DNA of 64,000 bases, taken from NCBI RefSeq assembly GCF_018350175.1, contig NC_058368.1, positions 124,746,001 through 124,810,000 of the forward strand, read 5' to 3'. Positions 24,391 to 37,172 of this stretch are shown in pieces; the stretch's first letter is position 1; each line of letters starts with the position of its first letter. A program made the translations under genes and the position numbers. Origin of the DNA: Felis catus (Eukaryota). The notes under the pieces are model-generated. The model made no database searches, was not told the DNA's origin, and saw nothing but the letters and a program-made list of their open reading frames with translations.

Positions 24391-25780
24391 CATTTCCTGC
24401 AGTGGGCATCTAGTACTTTGCAATCTCCAAAGCCCCACTCTTCATTTTAAAAGAGACTTTGAACTATTCAGGGTATCAAGAGCAACAGCAAAACTGCAGC
24501 CTTTCTCAGGGTGCTTCTGTGATGGGCTGCCCGAGGAGACTGGTACAAAACAGAAAAATCTGACATCATTTCTAAGTTTCAGTTGAGACTGGGGAGAGAA
24601 AGGAAAAACCCATCAGTTTCGGGTCTTGAGTAATAAAACCAGAGTGAGAAGGAAGAGGAAAAATGCTTGGGATGTAAATGTAATGAACAACAGAAAATAA
24701 TTGAAAAGGAAGTGGCTTCCTCTCGTGTGTCAGTTGGGCCTTGTGAAGAACAAGAGAAGTACCTTTTCTGGAGCCTCAGCTGCTCTGCTGCCTTTCCAGC
24801 CGTCTCCTTGGGAAGAATGAGGCTTTAACAACTAGCATGGTGTCAGGGCTGGCTTCCACCCAAGCCTGAACAGTGCCCCCATTGAGGTACCCCAGGGACA
24901 GCCCTGGATGCCTCTCCCTTCTCCTGCTCCCCTCAATGGGCTATTTGTGGGACTAACAAGGACCGGGAGACACACTGCCCATCTCCTACAAGACCCCAGC
25001 AGCTGCAGGAATCCTCAGGAACTCCACAGGGTCCCTGTACATGTCTGTAAAGAGACTAACAGGAGGAATGCCAGATTCAGAAAGGGGTCCCCAAAAGCCT
25101 CCTGGATGAGAGAGAAAAATACTCCCCAGTTCTCTTCTCCTTTCTGGGCTTTTCTCTTATCTTCTGAGATGGCAGTTCTGCACCCCAAAAATATTTGCTA
25201 TCTTGCCTTCTTCATGGCACAGACACCTTCTCTGTTCTACCTTCCTTGCTAGCTGGGAGAGAGAATACAGAGAAGAAATAAGCAGAGAGTTTATGACTGC
25301 AGCCATGTTCAAATACTACATCTTTACTGCCCACTTCCAGTGCTGAGACAAAGTGACCTCAAGTAGAATAGGAAGTGGTAGCTAAAAATTCTTATCAAAT
25401 GCCAAGATCAAGCTTCTGTTCTTATTGATTTAATCCCACAACAATGCCAAAGGACAGCAGACAGATTCTAATTTTTCTGTGCCCATTAGGTAATGATTGC
25501 TACTGCCCTGGGGAAAGAGATAAGCATACTGGCCAGAAGAGACAGATGAGAATGCATTATTATCTCTGACTTCCTACTTCCAGAGGATATAGAAGCATGC
25601 CTATATGTTTTCATTTAAGGGGTACATGTTGAGCCCTACAAAAATCTCTCCCTCTAGAAGCTTGTTATTGCACATGAAAATTTCCCATCCTTATAACATT
25701 CCTATTGTTTGTAGGTTGATGTAAGTGGTGGTCTGCATGAATAGAAGCATGCCTATTTGGTGGAAATTTACCAAAGCATA

Positions 25781-25954
25781 GGGGCGCTTGGGTGGCTCAG
25801 TTGGTTGAGCATCCAACTTCGGCTTGCGTCATGATCTCACAGTTCATGGGTTCAAGCCCTGTATCAGGCTCTGTGCTGACAGCTCAGAGCCTAGAGTCTG
25901 CTTTGGATTCTGTGTCCCATCCCCCTCTCTGCTCCTTCCCCACTTGTGCGCGCG

Positions 25955-25987
<33 letters not shown>

Positions 25988-26016
25988 AAAAATACATAAA
26001 CATTAAAAAAAAAAAA
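25781..26016 (+). mobile_element. Can-SINE with (CT)n
   Basis: Sense SINE body with poly-A; perfect 18-bp TSD gaaatttaccaaagcata (25763-25780 / 26017-26034). Confidence 0.97.
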
Positions 26017-28857
26017 GAAATTTACCAAAGCATAAATTTCTCTGGGTTCTAGACATTAAACCCTATAAGTGATAAATACCATGATGGCATGTAGGTGATC
26101 GTGCCTTTCCCAGAGTAATAGCTGGGATAAAAGGAAGAGAGTCAGCTCCAGAGACAAATTTTGACTACTTGTCAATGAACAGAATCTGAAGAGTGATCTA
26201 GTACAGCTTTACTCTTCAATCCCTCCACAACCTTCCAGACAGAAGGCTGATATCTGGCCTCATTTTTCAGGGTCAGGGGACTCCTCTCTTCCCATGCCAG
26301 TCCATTCCACTTTTGAACAAATCTTACTCATCATATAATTTCCAATATCACACAATTTCCTTACAATGTCCAGACATTGACCCAGGTCTTGCCCCAATGC
26401 TACATTCTCTAATCCGTGAAATCCCCAACCCTTCCAATAACTATTTCTACACAGCAATCACTCATGCCTCCTCCTGAGCTATTCTGCAGGCTAAATCGTA
26501 GCTTCTGGGAATCCTGCAAGTTTCCTATGTGATCCGCTGCCTAATTTTTACCACCTGGTTGACTGTGTCTAGATAAACTCCCTGGACCCTTTAAGATAAG
26601 GAACTTATCTGATATTTGGCCGAAATTAAAATACAGGACCATTACCAATCCTTGATAGGAGGATCCTACCTACACGAATGCACTCTTGGGTCGATGCTTG
26701 TCATGGGACACAGGACTCTCATTGAACTTCCTAGTGATAAAACTCATGAGACTTTTCACATGAACTTCTATTAAGCCAGTCATCTCCAGTCAATTCATTT
26801 TTTTAATCTAAGATCTAATCTTAATTTCTCATTAAACTTTATCCCCTTCATTTCAACCCATCAATTTAACATATAGAGATCTTTTAAGAATATGAACTCA
26901 GTTATTAGAACCTCTCAAATTTATAAAAATACTCAAATATATCTTCTATATATTCATTCAGAATAAATAAAAGTGAAGGCAAAACTGAGAAGCTCAGATA
27001 AAGAGCCCTGAAACCTAATGTTAGAGATCTTTCGATGCCATGTTCAAAACCATGTCTATATAACAAAAACAGATGCCAGAACCCTGAGAGCTCAGTCTTT
27101 CTTTCTAGCCCAGAGACACCTCACATAAAATAATATCTTACTGTTGGACATAAGGTAATATTTTTATGTTTTCTTTAAATTGATTTTGGATAGGGGTGGT
27201 CAGTATTGCTTTTCATACTACACAAATACAAAATTCTATGGAGATAGCAGAAGCAGTGGCCTTTTAACCTACCTTATGCATTAGGTAATGGGTCTCTGAT
27301 CTTTTAAAAAGATTATTTGTTATTAAAACAGCCTTCTTGCCAAAATCCTATGTCTTCTTTTCTAAGATTTCTGTACCAAAGCTAATCTAATCAATATGAC
27401 AATAAAAGCGACACCAAAATCTTACCCCTTATTGTCCTGGGGTTCTCCAAAGCCTCCCCAAAGAGGCACTATATTTTCATTACCCAGGGAAAAATAGAAC
27501 CATTCTATAAATTATTTGCAGATAATTGCATGAATATCATATCCAAACTCTTGCAAAGCAGGTTTGAATACTCAGCTAAGGCAGCTGTAGGGTGGGAAAC
27601 CTCAGTTTTAATGCAGACACCCCATCTGGCAAAGTCATGTGAAAAATGCAATCATGTCTCAAATCAGATATTTTCCCTAAGCCATTCCCTAGCTTCATGT
27701 CTCACAGAGGTAGAGCGTGAGCTGAAAAATGAACGGGGTAACAACATGAGGATAAATAAGTCACTTATTTCAGGATTCTAATGGAAAAAAAACTTCACTG
27801 AAAAAAAAAGTCACAGCTAAGTTCAGGTTTTGAACTTGTCTCATCATAGGATGAACAATCAGAAGGAAAACCCAGGTAATTCTGTTACTTTTTGAGGTCA
27901 TAGCAATGCCTTTCCTACAAGGTCCTATTACAAATACTAAGTTGAATCATAGCTTACCTTGCCACATTTCAGCCCTACAAAAGGAAGTTGACTTCTCTCC
28001 AGAAATTTACCTCTCTCCAGGTCCAAAAACATTGTGCAAATTATCTTTTACTCTTCTCAATCATTTTGCAGTTCTGTTGTGATGAAATATCACTTCCATT
28101 ACCCAGTGCTAATACCTAGCACCTTCCCACACAATGTTACCAAATCCTTCCTTCATAATGCCTCTTCATTCATTTCCTCCTTTGTTTTCCCTTATTTCTT
28201 CCCACTAGAAGGAACTATAACCTGAGTCCTTCAAGCTTCAGGATTACCTCTGACATTAATACCCAAATAGCAGTCTTAGAACCACAAGAAGTCTAATACC
28301 CATCTCAGTATTTCAGAGGATCAACACAGGATGCTTCTCCTGGGAGAGTGCCAGTCATCTCTCTCCCCAGATCCCTGCTCCTGGTCCCTCTGAATCCATG
28401 TGCCCCTCTTGTCCACTCCTCACAGCCTTTGTCCTTCACACATACTCTATTCTTGCCCTTCCCTTACACAAGGCACTACCAACATAAGGCCCTATTTCTC
28501 AGGCTTACATTGAAGGACTGGAAACTTTGGAAAGTAATTCCAGAACAGGATAAAATTTAATTCAGCTATCACTGTTGCTAATGTCCATCCATAAAGAGTC
28601 CCTTCCTGGCCAAGTTACCAGGCCAGCCCTCAGAATGGAGTCCCAGGCACCATTTCCTTTTTCTCACCCAGCGAAGGAAAACTCAATCTTCCTTAACATT
28701 AAAAAATACAAACAAAACAAAACAACAAAAACTCTACAATAATTCAGCAATCCTGAAGCACAAATACATCTGTACTCAGGTTTTTTAGTAGCAATTTTTT
28801 AAACTCAGCAAGCACAAAATTATAGTACCTCTACATGATGTAATAGCACCTGGTTCT

Positions 28858-28883
28858 TTTTTGGGAGGGAGGAGGGGCAAAGG

Positions 28884-28931
<48 letters not shown>

Positions 28932-29053
28932 CTTAAGCAGGCTCCATGCCCATAGCATAGGTGATGTGGGGCTGAATCCCATGACCATGAGATCATGACC
29001 TGAGTGGATATCAGGAGTCGGATGCTCAACCGACTGAGCCACCCAGGTGCCCC
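28858..29053 (-). mobile_element. Can-SINE with (GA)~21 microsatellite
   Basis: Antisense SINE body; imperfect TSD agcacctggttc / agcacttggttc. Confidence 0.94.
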
Positions 29054-30561
29054 AGCACTTGGTTCCTTAAAGTTATTCTGCTACCTCTAAAAGGAGCAGA
29101 TATTTGTAGCTTCTTTCAGTTATGGGAAAATCACTTATTGTGTAATGTTAAAGAAAAAAAAGGATCCCAAATTATAGGCAGAGTATGATCTCAACTGTAA
29201 AAACTCTGGAGGAAAGTATGCCAGATTATCAACAGGGGTTACAGGAGTATGGGTGATTGCTATTTTATTGTTTAAGCTTTCCTGTGCTTCTTAAAGCCCA
29301 CTGGATAATCACTGTCTTTTATGACCATTTAGGTATGACCATGTAGGTAAGCAGACCATTGAGCTTACCTACATGAGTACCTACCTGGCTGTTATCATGC
29401 TGCAGCTCACCCTACTCCCAGAGAAATATCTTATTCTACAAGATTCAGCCCAAATATCACCCATGAAGCCCTATATATCCACCCATCTTCCCATCCCATT
29501 GGGCAATTGGCTGCTTCCCCTATTGTCAACCTATAACAATCTGAACAATCTTTCTTAGTATTTCTCATGTCTGTATCAATAGGGTCTTAATAGTGACAAA
29601 TAGCACTCTGACACTGGAGAGAGTTTATTACAGAGACTCTTTACAAAGAAGCAAAGTACAAGGAAATCACAAAAGATAGTGCATACCCCAGAGAAAATAA
29701 CAGGGGGCTCTGTTACCACCCTTAGCCTGAAAATGGTAACACGAGAAAATGGTTCCCTGAGCCTGGATAAGGAATGAGACAAAGCTGCAACCATCAATAA
29801 AGGGATACCACTGGCCTAAAGCAAACCCCCAGGAAAAGAGTCAATGCTTTCTCCTCCCTCCTTCCAATTACCTACTGGTGCTCAATACTGGCCATTCCAG
29901 CTGGAAGCCAGGAGACAAGAGAGCCCTTTGATATGGCCCATAGAAGGCAGCTTCCCAAGAGGAAAGCAGGGAGAATGGTGAATGGAGGAGCAAACCAAAG
30001 ATCCACTAAAGAACATAATTATTGATTTACAGGTGTGGCTTCAATGTCTGTTGCCTGAGCTCATGGTTACATCCCATGCCTTGCAAACTCCAGACCCACC
30101 ACCCTTTCCATCTTCTTTCCAAAGGATTTCAGAGAGTGAGGCTTCTCTTGAGCTAGGCCTTGCTACATCGTGCATGGTTCCTCTCACTAGACCACTTCCT
30201 CCCATGCTGGACACCACCCTTCTTCCTTCCTTGTTCTCACATCAGCACAAATTCAAGGATTATTGTATGTATCTTACTTTTAACTGAAGGGTGGAGGGTA
30301 GAGGGGGTAACTGCAGCATAGCATAACTTTTATTAGTCATCTCTCTTATAAATATTTATTAACCATTCTCTGCCATGAAGAATTTCTTGACTGTGCTCAC
30401 CATCATCTTCCAGGGACTCCATCTCCCTCAAGGTCTTTCTCCAATGACAACCCTCCAAACCCTAAACTCAGTTATACAATTTTTGGTCTAAACCTTTAGA
30501 TATTTTAGTGCATTAGTATTTAAAACAATCAAAATTGGCAAATTTTATTGTTTTATTGGAA

Positions 30562-30650
30562 CCAGGCCAGAATTAGGGTGAGGAAAGTGAGGCAAGATCA
30601 CACACATGCACCGAAGGCATGTGCTTCACACCCCCCTAGTCCTGGCCCTG
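30562..30650. mobile_element. Internally deleted MER96-like MITE
   Basis: Inverted ends caggccagaattagggtgagg ... ccctagtcctggccctg resemble recalled MER96 termini. Confidence 0.6.
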
Positions 30651-32791
30651 CCAATGGGGGCAGGAGGGATTAGAGGGGAGGAGGCAGAGGCTCATCTCTC
30701 TACATTAAATATGCCCATTGAGGTGCTTTTCCAAACCAAAAGATAACTTCTTTTTTTCAAGCAGAATTTTGCCTTTAAACTCTTGCCAATTTTGAGAATT
30801 TTTTCTTGCCAACCATCCTCCATTGGACCATGAGATCCTTCAGAATAGAAAATGATGCTTAATCTATTTCTATATCCCCAAGTGCCTAGACTTAGAGGAT
30901 GAATTATAAACCTTTGCTGAATATAAGGGTCTGGTGTAAAAATTCATAAGGTAATTTTGTAAATATTGAATCTATTTAGAGCTTTCTTTTTTTGAATTCA
31001 AATCTAAAGTCCTAGAAAACTAGCTAGCAAGGAAATGAAGAATTCGTCTAATCTACAATCTTTTCATTTTACACATTAGGAGACTAAGGACTATTTCCAT
31101 GGTATTATTTGCAAGCAAGTTGCTCAGCATTTATCCAGTATAATTAATATTTCCCATGGTTAGGGTGCTATCCCATCTGAATAATTTTGATAGCATCCCA
31201 GTGGACAAAACGGAGTAAAATTCCCCATATTGTTACAATGCTATTATTTCTCCCAACAGAAATCTCAGACTTACCATGTAAACATACACAAGAGATGCAA
31301 AATAGGGAAAAAAATACTGACACCCAACCAACGACTTGAGTCAGAACAGCTTTTATCACAGCCAGATACAGTAACACTAACACCAAGGAGAAACTACAGT
31401 TTTAAATCAAAGCCAGAAAAAATGGATTTGCTCAAGTAAAGGCATGAGTGCAAGATTTACAGAGAGGACAACAATGATTAGGAAAGCTTGCTTCTTAACA
31501 ATGAACTCATTGTGTCAAACTTGTAAGGCACCCAGCAAGCTGACAAGGGTCTCTCACCCCTGTGCCCAGGACAGTTTGGCCAAAGGACATCTAGGGTGAC
31601 ATGCCTCAAACAGTCAGCACTAATCTCTTATCCCGGAATAGCCCAACAAACCTGTCTAACCTGACTGACTGCCTTTTAGAAACACCTTTGGAATTCTTTG
31701 TTCAGTTCTCCTCGGTTTACACTGGATCTTCTCATTTCTGGGACTTCTCTGATGACCTGATCTTCATCAACGACGACTTCCCCAACAAGTCTACGAACCC
31801 CAGATTTGTCCAACAGATGACATTAATAAGAACCAATTAAGAGTTATGCATTCAAAACAGGCGAGGTACACATTCACACACAAGTCAGAACTGTCACAGA
31901 ATCACTTCTTACAATATTCCCCTGGCAGAAAAGAGGTCAAACTGACCTTGAAGAAGAAATGTCCTTTGCTAACTAGTTACCAAGACAACGCCAACCCTCT
32001 CTCTGCAGGGTACCTGCCCTTGGGGTTTGCACCTGCCAGCTGGTAGCAAAAGTGGCCCAGCAGCCTTAGTTCCCTGTCACTGGGCTCATTTCACCAACAA
32101 AGGTGCCAGCAGTGCCAGTTGGCTTCATGAAATGGATACCTGCCCACTAAGCATTGGCCCAGAGATCAGGGACTTTCACAAAGGCCAGCCAACAGCTGGC
32201 AAGCAGGCACCGCCAGGTCATTGTCATCCTGGACTGAATCGGAGACAAAGGCTCTGTCTGTTCCCTCCATATTTTATTTTCAGCTCCAGGTCTCTTCCTA
32301 TGGGAGGGCCGTGTTGAAGGTGCCTTTCTTGACTTTTTTTGTTCCTTTAATGTTATCCTGTCTATGCATGCTGGCGTATAAAAGCCTTCCCCGACCCATG
32401 TCTTGTTTTACTGCAAATCAGAAAGCTCACCGTAAGTCACACAGGGGCAGTGAGTTCTGATTTGGAGCTGTAACCAGAAGCTGCATCAAACTTTTTCCCC
32501 TGGCTTCACACCAAGGCCTCCGAGGATTCCTTGTCACATGAGGTTAGTGTAGTTTCACATCCTCTAAAGCAAAGCTCTGTCGAAACTCTCTAGTCTCACA
32601 TGGCTTCAGCTCAAAAAACCACCCCACTCAGCTGCCTTTCAAACTGTTTTGAGCAGTGAGTCAGGAGATCTAGGTTCCAGTTTTAGCTTAGTCTACATGA
32701 ACCTGACCAATCACTGGTCCTCAACCACTACTTAGGGAAAATTAGGGGCCAACCTAGCTGTCACTAGAACCCATTTCAACCTGCATTTTTT

Positions 32792-32987
32792 ATTTTTATT
32801 TTTTTAACATTTATTTACTTTTGAGAGGGGGGTGATGCACAGAGAGAGGGAAACACAGAATCTGAAGCAGGCTCCAGGCTCTGAGCTGTCAGCACAGAGC
32901 TCCACACGGGGCTGGAACCCACGAGCCGTGAGATCATGACCTGAACCTAAGTCGGACACTTAACCGACTGAGCCACCCAGGTGCCCC
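32792..32987 (-). mobile_element. Can-SINE
   Basis: Antisense SINE body; imperfect TSD tcaacctgcatttttt / tcaactagcatttttt. Confidence 0.95.
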
Positions 32988-33119
32988 TCAACTAGCATTT
33001 TTTAAATATCAAAGAGACAAACCAAAAAACAAAATCTTTTATTTCTGCTACCACTTTACAAAGAAGCTGCTAACCTGAGAATTTCTAAATACTAACAGAT
33101 ATTATTTTGGTTTAAAAAT

Positions 33120-33530
33120 AAATGGATACACACAACAACATGGATAATCTCAAAAATATTATTCGAGCAAAAGAAACCTCATATGAAGTTCTAAAATAGG
33201 GAAAGCTAATCTACAATAAAAGAAATAAGAAAGTAGCTGTCTCTGGGGGTGGGGGGAGCAGGGATTATTTGGAAAGGAGCATAAAGGAACTTGAGGGGAT
33301 AAATATTATATTTTGTATCTAGATAGGAGTTTGGATCACACAGGTGAAAGCCCCTGTCAAAACTCATAAAATGCTACTCTTTAGATGGATTGATAGAAGC
33401 CTGGAGAAATAGGTAATAAAATAATTACAGCAAAATATTCATTGTAGAAACTAAGTGGATATATATGTGTTCTCTGTGTAACTCTTTCTACTTTCCTCTA
33501 TGCTTAAATACCTTCATAATAAAGTATTGG
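33120..33530 (+). mobile_element. Ancient L1 (L1ME/L1MC-type) 3' fragment
   Basis: acaacatggataatctcaaaaatatt; atatgaagttctaaaatagg..aagctaatcta; tgtcaaaactcat. Confidence 0.65.
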
Positions 33531-35543
33531 AGGAAAAATACACTGTAATAATACTCCCTCCCTCTTTCTAGACATGTAACCTTTTTTCCCACTAAGTAAG
33601 TCAGTGCCAATGGGAATATTCATTGATTCGAGCAGAGAAGTCAATGATGCTCTGTGGTGACTAATTACTTTATCACTGCCTGAGGCCTTCAAGGGAAGAG
33701 GACACAAGTTCTGCACGTCCAGAACCCACCCTTTGACCTCATTGTCCTCCACAAAGTTATCAGAAACAAGTTTCTTGGGAGGCTGGCTACCTGCCCACTT
33801 CGAGGGTTGGTCTCTCATCACACTGTGTACACCTCTGCTCTCTGATTGTTAATATTCTTAATAGCCTTACAATGAGAAGGTTCCAATTAAGACAAGTATT
33901 CCAATCCCAAATATAATTGGAAATCCATTTTTGGACCCCCTCTGGGAGTAAATCAATTACTCAGGGACAAGATTACAAGTAAATCTTTCACTGGACTCAC
34001 TACCCTGTTACCCATGACAAATATAAATATCATAAATATGTCCCTACAATATTGATTTTCTTAACCACTTTCCTTTAAGACTCTAAAAACGTATTCTTCT
34101 TTGTTTCTCTCCAAGTTGATTTCTTCTCCCTAAAAATCTTCAAGCCATACACACACACACAAAAGCACATGTTACTATGGTCTACACTGAACTAGCAGAC
34201 ACCTAATTCACAGCTAACGTCTTTTGGAGGAAAAATTAAAAGGGAAGAAGCAATTACTAAGAAGGCAGAGTAAAGTGATTTCCTAGGGGGTAGAATTCAT
34301 GACTCTTGTCCATTTTTCTCATGGTAAGTTAATCAAATCTAATAGAAACACTCATTTACTGAGTTCCAAATATCTTCAAAGCCTTGAGTTATTCAAAGAA
34401 TTAGATTAGTTTCTTTAAACTAGTACGTAATCTAATCTAGTGAAGGAGATAAAATATAAGCTTATGCAAAGTTAAACAATAAAATATCCAGATAATTGTT
34501 TCATACGTCAGTGGAAGAGGTGTCCAAGCTCCATGAACAATGGACTGACAGATGAATGGGGGAGCCCTAAGCACTTAAGAAAGGACATATAACCTCTAAA
34601 AGGAGTGGGGGTAGAGACCTCACAAGGTGGGATTTCAGCTATGTCTGGAAGAATATACAGAATTTGAGGAATGCAAGAAGGGGAGAGACCACGTTGGGCA
34701 GGTAAAACCAGGTGGTTAAAGAAGTACTTTTGTTCACAATGTTTCAACAGCAAAGCAGCACTACATTTGTAAAAGGCCTCTGTAACTCTGATTTCTTTGA
34801 AGGAACTGGTGCACAAATTCTCTACTATTCTTTAAAAACTCAACCTCGGTCTGCCTTAATGTCTCAAAGCAAATGAAGACAGATCACTTCAACAAACTGG
34901 ACCACTGAGACATTCGCAGGATCTCACCACTCAGAAGGGTCATCTCAATTGCAAGAGTACTGCCAAAAAACACACATGTGCCCTTATCCAGCACTGACAA
35001 GAGGCCTATGAGCCATTTTTCATTTAGCCAGGTTATATCCAGGAAAGATGAGGCCTAGGACTGTTCACAGTCATGGTCAATTCTTTTACATTAATGCTTA
35101 TCTTCAGAATAATACCACACCACACCACAAAAAATTAAATTATAAAACCATTCCAAGCAATCACAAAGTTTCCACTACTTTGATTTCTCACAATTTTTGT
35201 TGTGACAGCAGATGATTTATACTTGGATAAAAAGCCAAATTAAATCTGCATAGGTAGAAGTCAATATATATTCAAATAAATATAATAATTTTTCCAGCTT
35301 TATTGAGATACAATTAAAATTTAACATTGTATAAGTTTAGGGCATACAAAATGATGATTAAAATGTTATTATTTGGGTTATTTTTTAATTCATATCTTCC
35401 CCCCCATATCCCCACTGCACTATACAACTCTCGTATTGGGGAATGAGCAAAGGAGATGGAGACATATCACAGGGGTTTCACTTCCAACTTTGTTCTCTGT
35501 GACTTTGGGACAGTCTCACAACATTTCTGAGCCTCTATTTCTT

Positions 35544-35815
35544 TTTAGGGGGAGGGGAAGACAGAAAGAGAGAGAGAGAGAAAGGGCATAAGTGAGAGAG
35601 GAGCAGAGAGAGAGAAAGAGAGAAAGAGAGAAGCAGGGCTCACCCAAAGCGGGACTTGTATTTTTACCCAAAGCTGGGCTCATGCTCACCCGAAGCGGGA
35701 CTTGAGTTCACCCACTGTGGGGCTCAACCTCACCTGCTATGGCTCTCGAACTCACAGTGAGATCATGACCTGAAGCCAAAGTCAGATGCTAAACTACTGA
35801 GCCACTCAGGTGCCC
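35544..35815 (-). mobile_element. Variant Can-SINE with internal ~22-bp tandem repeats, inserted in a MIR
   Basis: SINE head and GA-rich tail present; perfect 18-bp TSD tctgagcctctatttctt (35526-35543 / 35816-35833); flanks (ctgtgactttggg...ctgagcctc; aaagggttgatgtgagaactaaa) are MIR-like. Confidence 0.92.
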
Positions 35816-35987
35816 TCTGAGCCTCTATTTCTTCAGACATAGGTTGGGGAAAAAAATAGCTACATCAAAGGGTTGATGTGAGAACTAAAGAGAACAGTGG
35901 GTGTAAAGGACCCAGGGAGAGGATGTTGACCCACAGCAGATGGTCTATATATATTCTGTTAAAATGAATTTAGAAGAACCTGTTCTG

Positions 35988-36223
35988 GGGGCGCCTGGGT
36001 GGCTCAGTTGGTTGAGTGTCCGACTTCAGCTCAGGTCACGATCTCGCGGTCCGTGAGTTCGAGCCCTGAGTCGGGCTCTGGGCTGATGGCTCAGAGCCTG
36101 GAGCCTGCTTCCGATTCTGTGTCTCCCTCTCTCTCTGCCCCTCCCCCATTCATGCTCTGTCTCTCTCTGTCTCAAAAATAAATAAACGCTAAAAAAAAAA
36201 AAAAAAATTAAAAAAAAAAAAAA
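35988..36223 (+). mobile_element. Young feline Can-SINE with long poly-A
   Basis: CpG-rich body; perfect 16-bp TSD agaagaacctgttctg (35972-35987 / 36224-36239). Confidence 0.98.
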
Positions 36224-36703
36224 AGAAGAACCTGTTCTGTGAAGAGAGAATCAAGATAAATCGGTAAAAAAAACTGGATTTGAACCCATAATTAATTAGC
36301 TATGCCATTGTTTTTCCCATTCCAGTAATTCCTCTCGGAGTTTCCACCTATAGATGCTTGTTAGAAAGGATTACAGATTTGATAAGCAATCTTTCAAAAG
36401 CCCTCTCCCAACCTCAACACACACGTTTGTTAAAAATTAACACTCAGCCCCTTTTGTGAAACTTTTATTAGGAAATCTCAAACATGGTGCTGAATGCAGG
36501 TAGTAGTTTTTATTTCCTCCATTTCTCTGTACTTGTAGAAACTGAGGCACAAAGTTAAGATACAGGTGTGACCAGGCCTTTTGAGAAGTTCAGCTGACTG
36601 AACTGCTTCTGGGCCAGAATCATTCACCTAGATACCTTAAAAACAAGCCACAGGAATGAGAAGTAAGAGAAGTGTAAATGCAGTTTAAAAATACTGCACT
36701 TTC

Positions 36704-36911
36704 AGGACGCCTGAGTGACACAGTCGGTTGACCATCTGACTTTGGCTCAGGTCATGGTTTCGCAACTCACGAGTATGAGCCCCGCATCAGGCTCTCTGCC
36801 GTCAGCATGGAGCCCACCTCAGATCTTCTGTCCCTCAATCTCTCTCTGCCCCTCCCCCGCTCTCTGTCTTTCTCAAAATATAAATAAATAGATAGATAGA
36901 TAGATAGATAC
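36704..36911 (+). mobile_element. Can-SINE with (GATA)n tail
   Basis: Sense SINE body; imperfect TSD aaatactgcactttc / aaatacttcagtttc. Confidence 0.92.
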
Positions 36912-37140
36912 AAATACTTCAGTTTCCAATGTGAAGTGACCAGAAATGAGGTTAAAGACAGATTTCAGTATGTTATGTCACAAAAAATGGGCCATTTCCT
37001 GTCCTCTCACTGTCAAGTTTAGAGCATAAAGCAAGCCACAAGGATACATTTCTGCTCCATACTCTATTTCTGGGCAGTGAGTACATAAACAGCAAAATAC
37101 ATACACTACATATACAAATGTATATGACACAGCTCCACAT

Positions 37141-37144
<4 letters not shown>

Positions 37145-37172
<28 letters not shown>
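37145..37172. repeat. (TG)14 microsatellite
   Basis: Read directly. Confidence 0.97.

Noticed and set aside
26700..27100. Possible CR1/L3 fossil (also ~56230-56420)
   Set aside because: Resemblance too faint to support without a profile search.
35630..35757. CRISPR-like repeat array
   Set aside because: Mammalian DNA, degenerate adjacent units without unique spacers, no cas genes, and located inside a SINE bounded by a TSD.
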